This document shows positions 14,233 through 26,787 of a DNA stretch of 34,048 nucleotides, one piece after another. A program made the translations under genes and the position numbers. Below the pieces are notes generated by a model that saw only the letters and a program-made list of their open reading frames with translations, was not told the DNA's origin and ran no database searches. Origin of the DNA: Proteromonas lacertae. Lineage: Eukaryota. Where the stretch lies: the NCBI GenBank assembly GCA_002245135.1, contig NGBS01001165.1:248001-282048 (forward strand), given 5' to 3'. Within the stretch, counting starts at the first letter, position 1. Each line of letters opens with the position of its first letter.

Positions 14233-15742
14233 ATGGATATTAATGACATGAAATTTACACCTCAACAACTATATGGAGGAGGTAAATATAGTTTAGGTAC
14301 AAGAATAGGAAACTGGCAAGAGGATTATGAATTAGCAGCAGTATATTTGATTAATTATAGTATAATAGCAACGTCAAAAAGAATTTGAAATAAGAAAAAT
14401 GAATGGACATTCTGCAGTTGCAGCAAGAGCAGAAAAAGTAAGAGCAGCATTACAACCAGTTCCATTATCATATTCAGAAGATGGATATTTACATTATGGA
14501 TATACAGTAATGTTTGTACACAAACTAGGTAGTCTAGCTGTAAATCTTTGGGAACCAGGTGTTGGAGTGAATGATGTATTGTCTTCTGTAATAGAAAGCA
14601 AGCAGCCAATGTCAAGAAACACATTCATATTAACCAAATTACCATTTGAGAATTACAAAGATGATTTAATTCGTTATGGTGATTGTTTTTGTATACAATC
14701 AGTTCCAGCATTACGAGCAGATCCAATAACAAATGTTACTCGTCCACCATTCTATTTACACTCTGTATTGAAGAGATCAGATAGATTATCAAAATTAGCA
14801 AAAGAGCAGGAAGTATGTATGACTCAAGATGTAGATCAAGATGTAATGTTTAAAGTAATGCCAAGAAATCCAGTGAAGAGAGGTGTAGATGATGGTAAGC
14901 CGGTTGAAGCAAATATTCCAATCGTTTTATATCATGTTCGAAGTTATCAAGCTTTGGCTTGTAATAAACAGTATGATATGGGATCTGATTTTGGAGGAAA
15001 AGAGTATGAAGTATATTGCAAAACAACAACTTCATTTGCAGCAAATGGATCATTAGAAAAAGAAATAAAAGGCTTGAGAGTTGCAAGCCAAACTTCCAAA
15101 GCAGAATTAATTGATAATGTTTGGACGATTGTAACAGCAGAAAAACCAACAGAACATGTAAAAGAATACATTCCAATGGATCCTGAAACCATGTTGAAGA
15201 TGATAAGAAGATCAGCTTACAGTAGAAGTGATCGAGGTGGTAGAGGCTTGTGTCGTGCATTAGAAGTAATGGATGAACATCACAGAGACAGATTACAATT
15301 GGAAGACTTACAATTCGCATTAAGAGATGTAGGAATGAGATTTGAGAGATATGAAGTAGATATATTGATGAATGGATTTAAGCGAGAAGCTGATGGTACA
15401 ATATCGTTGAATGAATTTATTGAAGCGTTAGTTCCTCCAATGCAAGAAAATCGATATAATGTAGTAATGGATATATTCCACATGTTAGATAATGAAAAGA
15501 ACGGCGAACTATGTCTTAAGTTAATTGTGCCATTATATGATGTAAATAGTCATCCAACAATAAGAGAAGCTAAACTAACACAAGATCAAGCATTAGATCA
15601 ATTCATTAATCATTTTCGATATACAATAAAACCTGGATTTATAAGTATGAATGAATTTTTAGATTATTATTTGCTGTTAAGTTCAATGTATGAAAGTGAT
15701 GAAGACTTTGAGACTTTAGTAAGAAGTAATTGGAGAATCTGA
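14233..15742 (+). CDS. CFAP161: CFAP161-like domain fused to calcyphosin-like EF-hand domain (full-length copy)
   Basis: ATG 14233, intron 14341-14368. RIGNWQED, LSYSEDGYLHYG, RNTFIL, IRYGDCFC, GKPVEAN, FGGKEYEV and NVWTIVT match CFAP161 blocks; the C-terminus has EF-hands and a calcyphosin-like ending (EFLDYY...DEDFETLVRSNWRI). Confidence 0.85.
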
Positions 15743-15790
15743 TTATTTCAATAATAAATTTTATATATATTATCATTATTTGTTTGTTGG
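15010..15790 (+). repeat. Direct repeat copy 1: 3' part of the CFAP161-calcyphosin gene plus 3' flank
   Basis: Matches 20648-21428 (offset 5638) with no mismatch seen by eye; 15329-15790 also matches 26788-27249. Confidence 0.95.
15781..15788 (+). terminator. TGTTTGTT motif, candidate downstream polyadenylation element (also 21419-21426, 27240-27247, 30652-30659)
   Basis: Exact TGTTTGTT about 40 nt after the stop codon; this motif is known downstream of poly(A) sites in Blastocystis. Confidence 0.45.
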
Positions 15791-15795
15791 GTATT

Positions 15796-16026
15796 TGCAA
15801 TATTCTTGATTTATATAAGAAATGAATTATACTAAACATTTGCAATGCTTTTGATATATATAAGAAATGAATTATACTGAACATCTGCAATGTTCTTGAT
15901 TTATATAAGAAATGAATTATACTAAACATTTGCAATGCTTTTGATATATATAAGAAATGAATTATACTGAACATCTGCAATGTTCTTGATATATATAAGA
16001 AATGAATTATACTGAACATCTGCAAT
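15796..16026. repeat. 45-bp tandem repeat, 5 copies plus a partial copy, alternating variants
   Basis: Units start at 15796, 15841, 15886, 15931, 15976 and 16021 (TGCAATG(T/C)T(C/T)TTGAT(T/A)TATATAAGAAATGAATTATACT(A/G)AACAT(T/C)). Confidence 0.97.
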
Positions 16027-16051
16027 TCTTCTATTTTCTTATAAAGTTGAT

Positions 16052-19000
16052 ATGACACAGGAAATTGATATAAATTGTCAGATTATAAATTCAGATAATG
16101 AGATTAAAACGTCTGTTGGAGGTATACACTATTACGGGAATGGTTTTTTGATAAAAAGGGAATGCTATTCAAACATTTACGATAAAATGGATAATTACAT
16201 CAGTATAGAGAATGGAATTCAAAAAAATTTCCTAGTTTATGGTAATACAGGCATTGGTAAAACTAGTTTTTGCTTATATTTGTGTAGAGAACTTAAATGT
16301 GAAAGTAATTATCAAATAATATACAGAAGCTCTACCAACACATATTATTACAAAAACGTAGGAGAGGATAGATATTCTGAAGTTGGTAGTCTTCCAGAAA
16401 GACAGGTAGGAATTAATCAAAAATCGATAATAATATGCGATGATTTAATAATTTCAGAAGATGAATATAGTGAAGATGATGTGGTTATACTAGTAAGTGG
16501 TATGAAGTTGGAAAACTATAAAGTTATGCGTAGCAAGAGAGCTCCAATACAGTTCTGCCTTTTACCATTTAGTGATAAAGAAATTGAATTATATGTAGAA
16601 TATATGAATAGTATAGCAATTCCACTTCAACCTAAATATAATAAGTATGGTGGAATTCCTGGATTATTTGTTATGAATGTAAAGGAAGAAATTGAAGAAA
16701 TTGAAAAGATTGATGTTTATGATGGTATTCCTGCCAAATATAATGAATATATCTATATTTATGATGTTGAAAATGAGTTTGAAATTCCTCAGAAATTGAA
16801 ATTCATTTCAAAATATATTGAAGAAAAAGCATTAGAGAAAGTTGTTATTGATAAAAACAATTATAATATTTATCTTACTCTTTTAACAGAAAGAATTGAA
16901 GGAGATAATGAGAAAATAGGTAAAGAAGGTGGATTATATTATGAACCGTTAATATTATATTATAAATCTTGTAATATAAAACACAAAATTAATGAAAAAT
17001 CACAATTGGATGGATTAGATAGAAGCAAATTACCATTATTCATTAATTGTTCATTTCAATCTAATTTTGCATGTGTTGATGCGGTAGTGATAAATGAAAA
17101 ATGTATTAATGGAATACAAGTAACTGTATCTGACCAGCACACTATTAAAGAATATGTAAGTATTTTATTCAATGTGATCTTTCAAAAAACATATGAAAAA
17201 AGAAAAGAACTGATACTTAGAATGTTTGAAAATAGAAAATTAACTAAGATTACTGAGACTCTTTATTATTTAGGAGTATATTAATTATCTATAATATCAA
17301 TATTTATAAATAGTATACACCATCATCGATAATAAATGAAAAATTACAGGTAGAAGTAATCAAGGATAAAGTAAAGAAATATATAGAAGAAGAATCAGTA
17401 TTAAGATTTGGATCAAAATTGCTTATTTCATTAGAATTATTAACAAATCCTAATGAAATAGAAAAGAATAAAAAAGTTAAAGGTATAATAAAAAAGAATA
17501 AAAAAATTGAAGGTATAACAAAAAAGAAAGTAAAGAGATTAATTCTAGATGCAAAAGATTATGCTTATGACTGTTATATTCAGAATGAAATAGATAGAGA
17601 AATACTTTCAAGGGGAAGGACAAATAAAAAACTAAGATGTATGATAAGAAACAATATAATGGATGAAAATAAGAAAGTAATTATAAAGGAAATAAAAAAA
17701 GAAATGAAAAATGTGATTGGAAGTATGACAAAGGATGATTTCAGTAAAAAATATCTTAACAGAAATTATAATCCAAGATTTATAATTACAATGGTAAATC
17801 ATAAAGAGAACGTAAGTATGGATATAGAAGAAGTATTTGACTTCAGCAGTTATGTTGAAGAATTGAAAATAAAAATGTCAAAATATATAGAACAAATTTA
17901 TCCATCATATAATTCATTTAAAGACGCTGAAAAAAAGAGAATAATGACAAATAAATTCTTAAGAGTGGAACAAGCAAATGAAATCATATCATATATTGAT
18001 TTGGAGAGAAATAGAATAAACAATCCAGATTTAAATATTGAAAAGATGTATTATGGAGATGACAAACATGAAATTATGCATTATGATGAAGAAGATTTAA
18101 AAATAACAAAATCTCTAATCAGCAAATTAAGAAGTAACGAGAGAATGAAAAGATTTTTAGATTCAAATTTTATATTTTTAAATCCATCAAATATGATATG
18201 TAGCTCCTATAAGGAAGGTTTAGATAAGTTAGATATGATTTTATGTGGGTATATTTCTCCAACAACGTTTTATACTTCAGATGGACAAAGAAGGAATTAT
18301 TATGATAGTAGCATGAAATTTCCAGTTGAAATACCATGTGTATTGATTGAATTAAAATACCAAGGTGAAAAACAAAATGTAATAGTTAAAGGGAAAAGTA
18401 GAGATGAACTACATCCTAATTTTTTTACATATGATAATTTGTATAGATTAATTTTAAAAGCAAAATGTGTAGGCAATAAAAATGAAGTTTATAATATTAC
18501 AGAAACTTTAACTTGTCCATATTGTAATAATGAAAAAATAATTCGAAGAGAATGTGAATATGTAAATGGTTTTAAAAATAGAAAAACATTCTATTGTTAT
18601 AATTGTAAAATGAAAGTATCATGTATACCTAAATTAGATAATCAAGGTAATACAGAATTGAAATATGTAGAAGGTGGGATTGATATATATGTATATAATA
18701 AACGACAAGAAAAGCTATAAATATGGAACGTTTGCTTTTAATAGTGATGATATTGAAACGGAATTAGAAGATGATGATTATATTCCTCCAGATAGTGATG
18801 AAAATAAAACGGAATTAGAAGATGATGATTATATTCCTCCGGATAGTGAAACTGCAACTAAAAGAAAAATTAACAGTAATGATAAACAGCATCAGTCTAA
18901 GAAGATTAAAAATAATACTTCGCCGAAGAGAAATAGTATATATATATATATATATATTTGAGTATAATATAATAGGTTTTAATTATTTGCAATATATATT

Positions 19001-20534
19001 TAATGAAGATAAGTTCCTTCCTAAGTTTATATATAATGAAACATTGATAGAAATTGATGATAGTTTAGATATATTTCAATATCCTATGCATAAAATATTG
19101 GTGAGAGATTATTACCCACTATTTTGGAAAAGAATAGAATGTAATATTATTCTTAATTGTTTTTATAAGTATAGAGAAGATGAATTTGTTTTAAAGAAAC
19201 TATTGAAATGCATAAATGTTGATGTTGATCCTTTAATTAATGAAGATGATTTACATAAAATCGTTGAAAGAGAGAAAGAAGGATTAAAAAAGACTATTAA
19301 ATATCAACCTGATAGAAATGGCGTTAAAAGTTACTATTTACTGAGAGGTCAACCAGGATGTGGAAAATCCACATTTTTAATTTATTTTATTTTAAAATTT
19401 ATCCAATTGAAGGAAAAAATAGGTATTGATTTAGGTTTAACATATTATAAAAGTTCAAAGAAAGAAGTTGAAAGACCAAGTGGTTTTGTTGCATATAATT
19501 TGGATGGAAGGTATTTAAAAGAAGAAGCTGCTGATCAAGATATAATAATATGTGATTCATATGATATTCATAAAGATATATTTAAAAGAAGTAGTATAAT
19601 TGTAAATGTCAGTTCTCCAGATAATAAAAACTATTCAAATATTATAGATTTTAAACCAGGTAATAAAGTCTATTTCTATTTAGATATTTGCAATAAAAAA
19701 GAGATAGATATATGGAAAGCAAATTGTTTACCTAAAGATTTAGGAAATGCAATTGATGAAGATCTTATTTCTTTATACAATCGAGTACCAAGACATTTAT
19801 ATTTTGCAGCAATATATAAGACATATTATAAAGATAGAAATTATTGGGATGATATTTATACAAATTGTATTAAAACAACTGTGAATAGCCTTGGTTATTT
19901 TGGTTTTATAAAGAAATATCTTTATCCATGTGAAAGAGGTAAAACATCAAACTTGGAAGAGGATAATGGATTAATTGTTAATAGATTAGATACAGATTTG
20001 TCCCATTATGCAGTAAAATACAAAGTATTAGATTATGATTCAATTGATAAATTTCAATTGGAATACATCTCTAACCAAGTATTTAAATTTCTGTATATAT
20101 ACTCAAGTCACACATGCAATAGAAGAGAATCTAATCTTATTAAGGAGTTTTTCTTTAATCAAATAGTATGGAAAAACAATCATCCTCTATATAAACTATT
20201 ATTCAATGAATTATTATGGTATACAATGTTGTATAGTAATAATTGGATTACTTTTGTTAATAAGTTTAATAATATTCGGAAGGATATATTTAATATATAT
20301 TTCAAAAACACTAAAACCTCAATAGGATGTGGAGAAGGTTATTATATTGGTCAATTTATAATTGGTGATGATATTTGTTACATTTTTAATAATGTTGTTG
20401 TATTTCCATTTTCTCATGATATAGATAAAATAATGAATGATAAAGAATTTAAACAGTATTTTGAATGTTATTCAAAAGATATTAACTGTATTGTTAATTA
20501 TAAAGTATTTACAGTTGATGATATAAACTTTTAA
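16052..20534 (+). CDS. Crinkler/RHS-type protein A: P-loop NTPase, REase, second PD-(D/E)xK-like domain, Zn ribbon, second P-loop NTPase
   Basis: Walker A GNTGIGKT and GQPGCGKS; Walker B-like IIICD; SSP and GGIP/RVPR motifs; REase FACVDAV...GIQVTVSDQH; LDMIL...LIELKY; CPYC...CYNC. Introns 17276-17313 and 18936-18975 join ORFs; the junction near 18710 needs a 1-nt indel or an atypical intron. Confidence 0.75.
18741..18849 (+). repeat. 51-bp coding tandem duplication (two TELEDDDYIPPDS-containing units)
   Basis: ATAGTGATGA...GAATTAGAAGATGATGATTATATTCCTCC repeated at 18741 and 18792. Confidence 0.9.
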
Positions 20535-20647
20535 TTATAAAAATTACTATTATTATTATTATTTGAGCTACATCTACTTCATCTGAAATATTAAACTAAA
20601 ACATCTTTCGATTAAAAGGGTTTAATTTTAAAGTAATGGTTAGGTTT

Positions 20648-21620
20648 AGTATATTGCAAAACAACAACTTCATTTGCAGCAAATGGATCATTAGAAAAAG
20701 AAATAAAAGGCTTGAGAGTTGCAAGCCAAACTTCCAAAGCAGAATTAATTGATAATGTTTGGACGATTGTAACAGCAGAAAAACCAACAGAACATGTAAA
20801 AGAATACATTCCAATGGATCCTGAAACCATGTTGAAGATGATAAGAAGATCAGCTTACAGTAGAAGTGATCGAGGTGGTAGAGGCTTGTGTCGTGCATTA
20901 GAAGTAATGGATGAACATCACAGAGACAGATTACAATTGGAAGACTTACAATTCGCATTAAGAGATGTAGGAATGAGATTTGAGAGATATGAAGTAGATA
21001 TATTGATGAATGGATTTAAGCGAGAAGCTGATGGTACAATATCGTTGAATGAATTTATTGAAGCGTTAGTTCCTCCAATGCAAGAAAATCGATATAATGT
21101 AGTAATGGATATATTCCACATGTTAGATAATGAAAAGAACGGCGAACTATGTCTTAAGTTAATTGTGCCATTATATGATGTAAATAGTCATCCAACAATA
21201 AGAGAAGCTAAACTAACACAAGATCAAGCATTAGATCAATTCATTAATCATTTTCGATATACAATAAAACCTGGATTTATAAGTATGAATGAATTTTTAG
21301 ATTATTATTTGCTGTTAAGTTCAATGTATGAAAGTGATGAAGACTTTGAGACTTTAGTAAGAAGTAATTGGAGAATCTGATTATTTCAATAATAAATTTT
21401 ATATATATTATCATTATTTGTTTGTTGGTCATGAAATATTGTATAGTTAGTTTTCTGTTAATCTTTAATTTTCAAAATTTCCATCATTTTTAAGGCTCAT
21501 TGTGATTAATATATTTACTCTTTGTATTACCAGTTATACAGAGAGATTATTGGTATATACTTTCCAAACATCATGAATCTGTGAATGATGTTAATTTTGT
21601 TAAGCAGCACATCAGATGGA
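20648..21620 (+). pseudogene. Direct repeat copy 2: 5'-truncated CFAP161-calcyphosin fragment (ORF to 21380) plus 3' flank
   Basis: 20648-21428 equals 15010-15790; 20967-21620 is nearly identical to 26788-27438. Confidence 0.9.
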
Positions 21621-24600
21621 TGAAATGAAATTGATTACATATAGTTATTGATTAATATTTACTTTATGACATGTATATTACATGTAATTGACAAGTTTAT
21701 AACTATACATTTCATTTGATAATTATAATAATTGAAGAGTATAGTTATTGCATTTTATTTAATCTCATGGATTTCAATTATGTGATAAGGTATTCTGACA
21801 TTAATAAGCTGGAGTTGATGGTAAAAAGTGAAAACAATAAGAAGGTATATTATTTTATGTATCCATCTTCTATTGAAGATCCACTTATTGTTTACTTCAT
21901 TTTGATAAGAGATAGTTATGTTAATATTTATAACTCCATCAAAAATTTAGTAAAAAAGAATGAAGGTGTTGGTAAGAATCGAAGTGAAAGTGAGAATAAA
22001 AGAAGTAGGAATAGTCAGAATTGCTTTTTAGTGTATGGCAATCAAGGTTTAGGAAAATCTACATTATGCTGTTTTTTAGCGTATTTTCTTAATAATGACG
22101 ATGATTTTGATGAATATAGTATAGTAGTATATGGTGTAAATGATTCAAAAGAAACTTATCACTATAGATTAGCAAATACTCATGAATTTCATATAAGATA
22201 TCAAGTTATACCCGAATTAAAAGGCAAAACAATCATTATAAGCGATAATGAACAGATTCATGAAGATGATTTCAGTGATGATAATGTAATAATTATGATC
22301 AGTTCTCCAAAAGCAGAAAAATATAAGATTATGGCAAATAAGAGATGTTGTATCCAATTCTACATTCAACAGTTCAATAAAGAAGAATTAAAGATTATAA
22401 TTAATCAAAAAGAGAAATTAGATGATGATAAGAAAAAGAAAATATTAGATAATGCACTTATATATGGAAACTTTACTGCAGGTTATTCATTTGAAGATAT
22501 GCAAGGATATGTAAAATATTTTAAAGATAAAAAAGAAATGCCATTATTTATTCCACCCTCTTATGAAGAAGAAATATTTGTGTATGATACAAATCAAATT
22601 AATATAATACCTGACACCTTGAGATATTTATCAACAGAAATAGAACAATATATATTAAGTCATTGCTTTTTTGATTTTAATGACTATAAATTATTATATG
22701 AAGTATTAGAAAGTGAATTATTGGATAAAAAAGATCCATGGATATTCGAAAGAATGTGTCACATTATATTCGAAGATAATAGTTATACTACTTATAATAA
22801 ATGTAAAAAAGAATTACCATTTGATTTACCTGAACATACACTAACTTATAGAGAAATGGATAAATTCAATGATTATCTTGATAATGGTGAGAAATATAGG
22901 ATTAGAAACTGTAAAATAAGCAAAGGAACACTTGTAAGTGGTAAAACTACTGATCAAAATAGTACAACTGTAATAGAAGATGGAATATTAGCAGACTGTA
23001 AAATAACAAATGGATATGTGACAAAGGAATATACTAGAATTAAAGATTGTATAATTATGGGATTGAAAACAGTGAAAGATAAGAAAGAAGGTGATAAGAT
23101 TAGTGGTTTAATAGAAGATGGTTTAATATCAGAAGGAGTTATATTTGATGGCATTTATTTGGATTTTGGAAGAATAATTAATTTTCCAGCAATAGATTCA
23201 TGTATTATTAACAAGTATAGTATTAACTGGAGTTACAAATGACAATTTCTAACAATCATCCAACTAAGAATACTGTAATAGCATTTCTAAATGTATATTA
23301 TTATTATTATTATTATTGTATAGATGTTATATAGCTATCATAAATCATATATAATCGATAATTTGAAAAGACTAAATAAATATATGAGTAATAATGAATA
23401 CAACAAAGATATTCTTGCAAATGCGTTATATGATAATGGATATATCCCAAAGAATAAAAAGAGAGAGATAATAAATAGTATGGATAAAGAAAAGAGAATA
23501 ATGTGTGAGAGTTATGTATGATATTAATATTTATATATTATTTATATAGTTTTTAATCAATGAACTTCATCATAGGGGATATAAAAACATATATGACGAA
23601 AAGTTTATAAAAAGATATTTAAATAAAAGAGATAGTGATGCATTAACTTATAATACATTATTATTGTATAGATCTATAATAAAGAATGAATCTCTATCAA
23701 GTGAAGAATTAACTAGTGAGGATGATTATAATTGTTATAGATCAAAAGATATTAATAATTCAACCTTGAAAAGAGGTAGAAGTAGAAGTCAAAGTTTATA
23801 TTCTATTAAAGTTAAAAAAATAAAACTTAATAATTATATAGACAATGAAGATAAAAGAAATAATACTGAAAAATTGATAAAAGAAATTGAAGGCATAGAT
23901 ATAGATGAACTAAAAAATAAGAATGATGAAGTTAAAGCTGCTATAAAAGATAAGCAAATATTACATGACTTAGATGATTATTTGATTGATGTAGTATACC
24001 ATGATAAGAAAAATAATAAAGAAAAAAAAGAAATGAAGAATGATATTATTGCTGTATATATATTATTGTATTATTATTATAGTCAATTAAAGAAGAAATC
24101 AATTCAGGTATTGATAATGAAGATATTATTAATCAATTGAATAAATGTAATCCAATATTTAATATTGTGTTTATTACATACAATCGAAATGAAGTAACAT
24201 CATCACTTGAAGAAGGTGAAACTGATTTTGGACATTATGGAATATTTAAAGATAAAATAATAGAAGAAATGAAGAAAACTTACAAATGGGATGAAATGAA
24301 ATCAACTGGTAAAGAAAATGAAATAACTTCTGCTGTTGGTACAGGAAAAGAAAATAATAAATCCAAAAAATTAATAATGTCAATAAAATCGAAAAGATTA
24401 AGATTTTCAACCTATAATATGAATTCTGATGAATTGAATGATTATTTAATACATCAAAAAAATGTGGAAACATTACATTTGTATTTTGATGAAAAGAAAA
24501 ATTCCATAGATTTAGAAGTCACAGGATATACAAACCCATCAGTAAATATTATACATCATGGAATTGAAGAAAAAAAGATAGATTGTGATTATAGAATATG

Positions 24601-26787
24601 TGAAAAGATTATAAATAAACTAATCGATAATGAAAAGGCGAATGAAATCTCAAAAGCTGTTTGTGATGTTGTTATTGATGAAAAAAACACAATCATTGAA
24701 GAATGGAAAAAACTAAACGAGAGTTTAATATTTGATGAAAAGAATGTAGCAATAAAATTATTGAATAACAGTATAGTATCAAATGAAATAAAAATATTAA
24801 AAATAATGTTTAATATAATAGAAAAAAATATAGAAAATTATAGTAAAAATCGTACAAGTATATATATATATATATTAATTATATCAATAATAGGTACTAA
24901 CTCTTTATGTAAAGTATTTGGAGATTCAACTCCACAATACAATGAGAAAGCTGAAACAATAAAAATTAATTGCGATATATACCAATATCCAAATAATCAA
25001 GTTTATATTAGAGATGTTTACAAGGTTATATGTGATGAATTAATCAGTCATATTTTAAGTTTTAAACTAAAGAATATAGAGGAAAATAATGTAGAGAGTC
25101 TCAAAAAAATTTGTCATGAATTGGGTTATAAAAATGTTACAGATGAAAAAGCAAAAGAAATTCGTGACGAGGTGATGAAGAATACCCTTTATGATAGAGA
25201 TTTAAGAATTTTATTAAGAGGTAATCCAGGTTGTGGTAAAACTTCATTTGTTATCTATCTTCTATGTAGAATCATAGAATTAAATGAGAATATTGATGTT
25301 GGAATCAAAGCAACTGTTCTTAAAGCATCTGTGATTAAATCAATAGATAATAAACCAATTTCTGATCAGTACAATTTAAAAGGTAAAAAAATGGATTATG
25401 ATGTAGATAAAGAAATAACATTTTCTGATATTGTGATATGCGATTCTTATGATATTCAAGCTACAGATTGTAAAGGTAATATTTATTTATATGTCACTTC
25501 ACCAGATTATAAAAATTATGCAAATTTTTCAAAAAGTACTGATGATGATCATAGAAAATATTATTTTATGGATGTATTTAGTAAAGATGAAATTGAAAAA
25601 TGGGAAGAAAATTGTTTACCAGATGATTTAAAAAAGTAGCAAAAAGGTTTAATAGTAGATATGGAAATATTCCAAGACATATCTATTATGCTTCAATATA
25701 TGATGTTTGTTATGGTGAAGATTATTGGGATAAATTATATTCAAAAGGTATAAAAAGAATCGTTGGTAAACTTGGTTATATGAAATTTTTAAGGACATAT
25801 ATATATCCCTGTGAATCAAATGAAAAGGAAGATAAAATATCCAATAGAACAACAACATTTGATAGTACATTATGTCATTATATAGTGAAGTATTCTATTC
25901 CCTATGTAGATGAAGAGAATAAAATCAAATATTATGATAGAATTAATGAACATGAGATGGAATTCATATCAGATGAAGTATTCGATTATATTTATGATTG
26001 TGTTAAACACAAAGCTGTAGAAGATGATGTTAAGAATATGCAGGAACAATTTAAAATAGTTTATGAGGAAGGTAATACTTCCCAATTATTTAGGTTATTA
26101 TTTCAAGAATTAGTTTGGTATAACTGTTTATATCATGGTAATAAGATAACTCTTGATGATAGTGTATTAGTTGAAGAGATTGAAAATAATATATTAGAAG
26201 TATTTATGAATCTGTTTGATGGTGATATCTATTGTAGTAATGATAATAAATACTGTTTAGTTCATTTAGCAACATTGAAGAATAGAGAAATGATTTACTT
26301 ATTGAATAACTGTTTTATTCATGTAATAAATGATCAACGAGAAATATTGGATTGTGATGATCAAATAAAAGAATGTATATGTGGTTTGCAACAAATGGTG
26401 AATTTTAAAAGAATGTATTATATTACAGTATCCAATGATAAATCACCTGGATCGTCACCTAAAAAATCACCGTGTATATCAAAAGTATTAGTTTCACATT
26501 ATAAAGGCGATAAAACCAAAAGAGATGCAAAAATTACATATTGTAAATCTATATTTGGAGATTCAGTGTATGGAAATAATTTCAATGTACAAACAAACAT
26601 GTAGAGGCAAATCAACAGAATTAGGTAATAAATGTGGTATGAGTGAAAATTTTGAAGAAAAAGATGATGATGAAGAGGAGAATAACAAAATGACAGATAT
26701 ATATTCTTCATCTTTTTCATTGCAACAACAACATTCACAACCATCTATTCCTTATACTGCAAGTAATATGAAAGAAGAAGATATGAA
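21621..26787 (+). mobile_element. Putative Crinkler/RHS-like inserted cassette B between about 650-bp direct repeats (left boundary may instead be 21429)
   Basis: Unique block bounded by direct repeat copies 2 and 3; contains one NTPase-nuclease gene. Mobility is inferred. Confidence 0.55.
21767..26604 (+). CDS. Crinkler/RHS-type protein B (two P-loop NTPases plus REase), diverged paralog of protein A; frameshifted as assembled; may extend to 26791
   Basis: Walker A GNQGLGKS and GNPGCGKT; SSP and GNIPR motifs; NFPAIDS...QMTISNNH. Introns 23293-23323, 23516-23549, 24054-24082 and 24858-24893; frameshifts near 23225-23235 and 25630-25635. Confidence 0.7.

Larger units (their letters stand above)
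15791..20647 (+). mobile_element. Putative Crinkler/RHS-like inserted cassette A between 781-bp direct repeats
   Basis: Unique 4.86-kb block bounded exactly by direct repeat copies 1 and 2; contains the minisatellite and one NTPase-nuclease gene. Mobility is inferred. Confidence 0.55.

Noticed and set aside
14355..15483. Several minus-strand ORFs (repeated at 20596-21121 and 27098-27286)
   Set aside because: Antisense shadows of the CFAP161-calcyphosin sequence with no motifs.
15796..16026. CRISPR array or 15-aa repeat protein (minus ORF 15639-16058)
   Set aside because: Units are contiguous with no unique spacers; the ORF follows from the 45-bp period and overlaps two real genes.
20615..20649. 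Telomere-like GGGTTT/TTAGG bits at the right end of cassette A
   Set aside because: Too short and irregular to distinguish from chance.
15010..26787. LTR retrotransposon with the direct repeats as LTRs
   Set aside because: The repeats are host coding sequence with different endpoints, lack TG...CA ends, and enclose no gag, RT or integrase.
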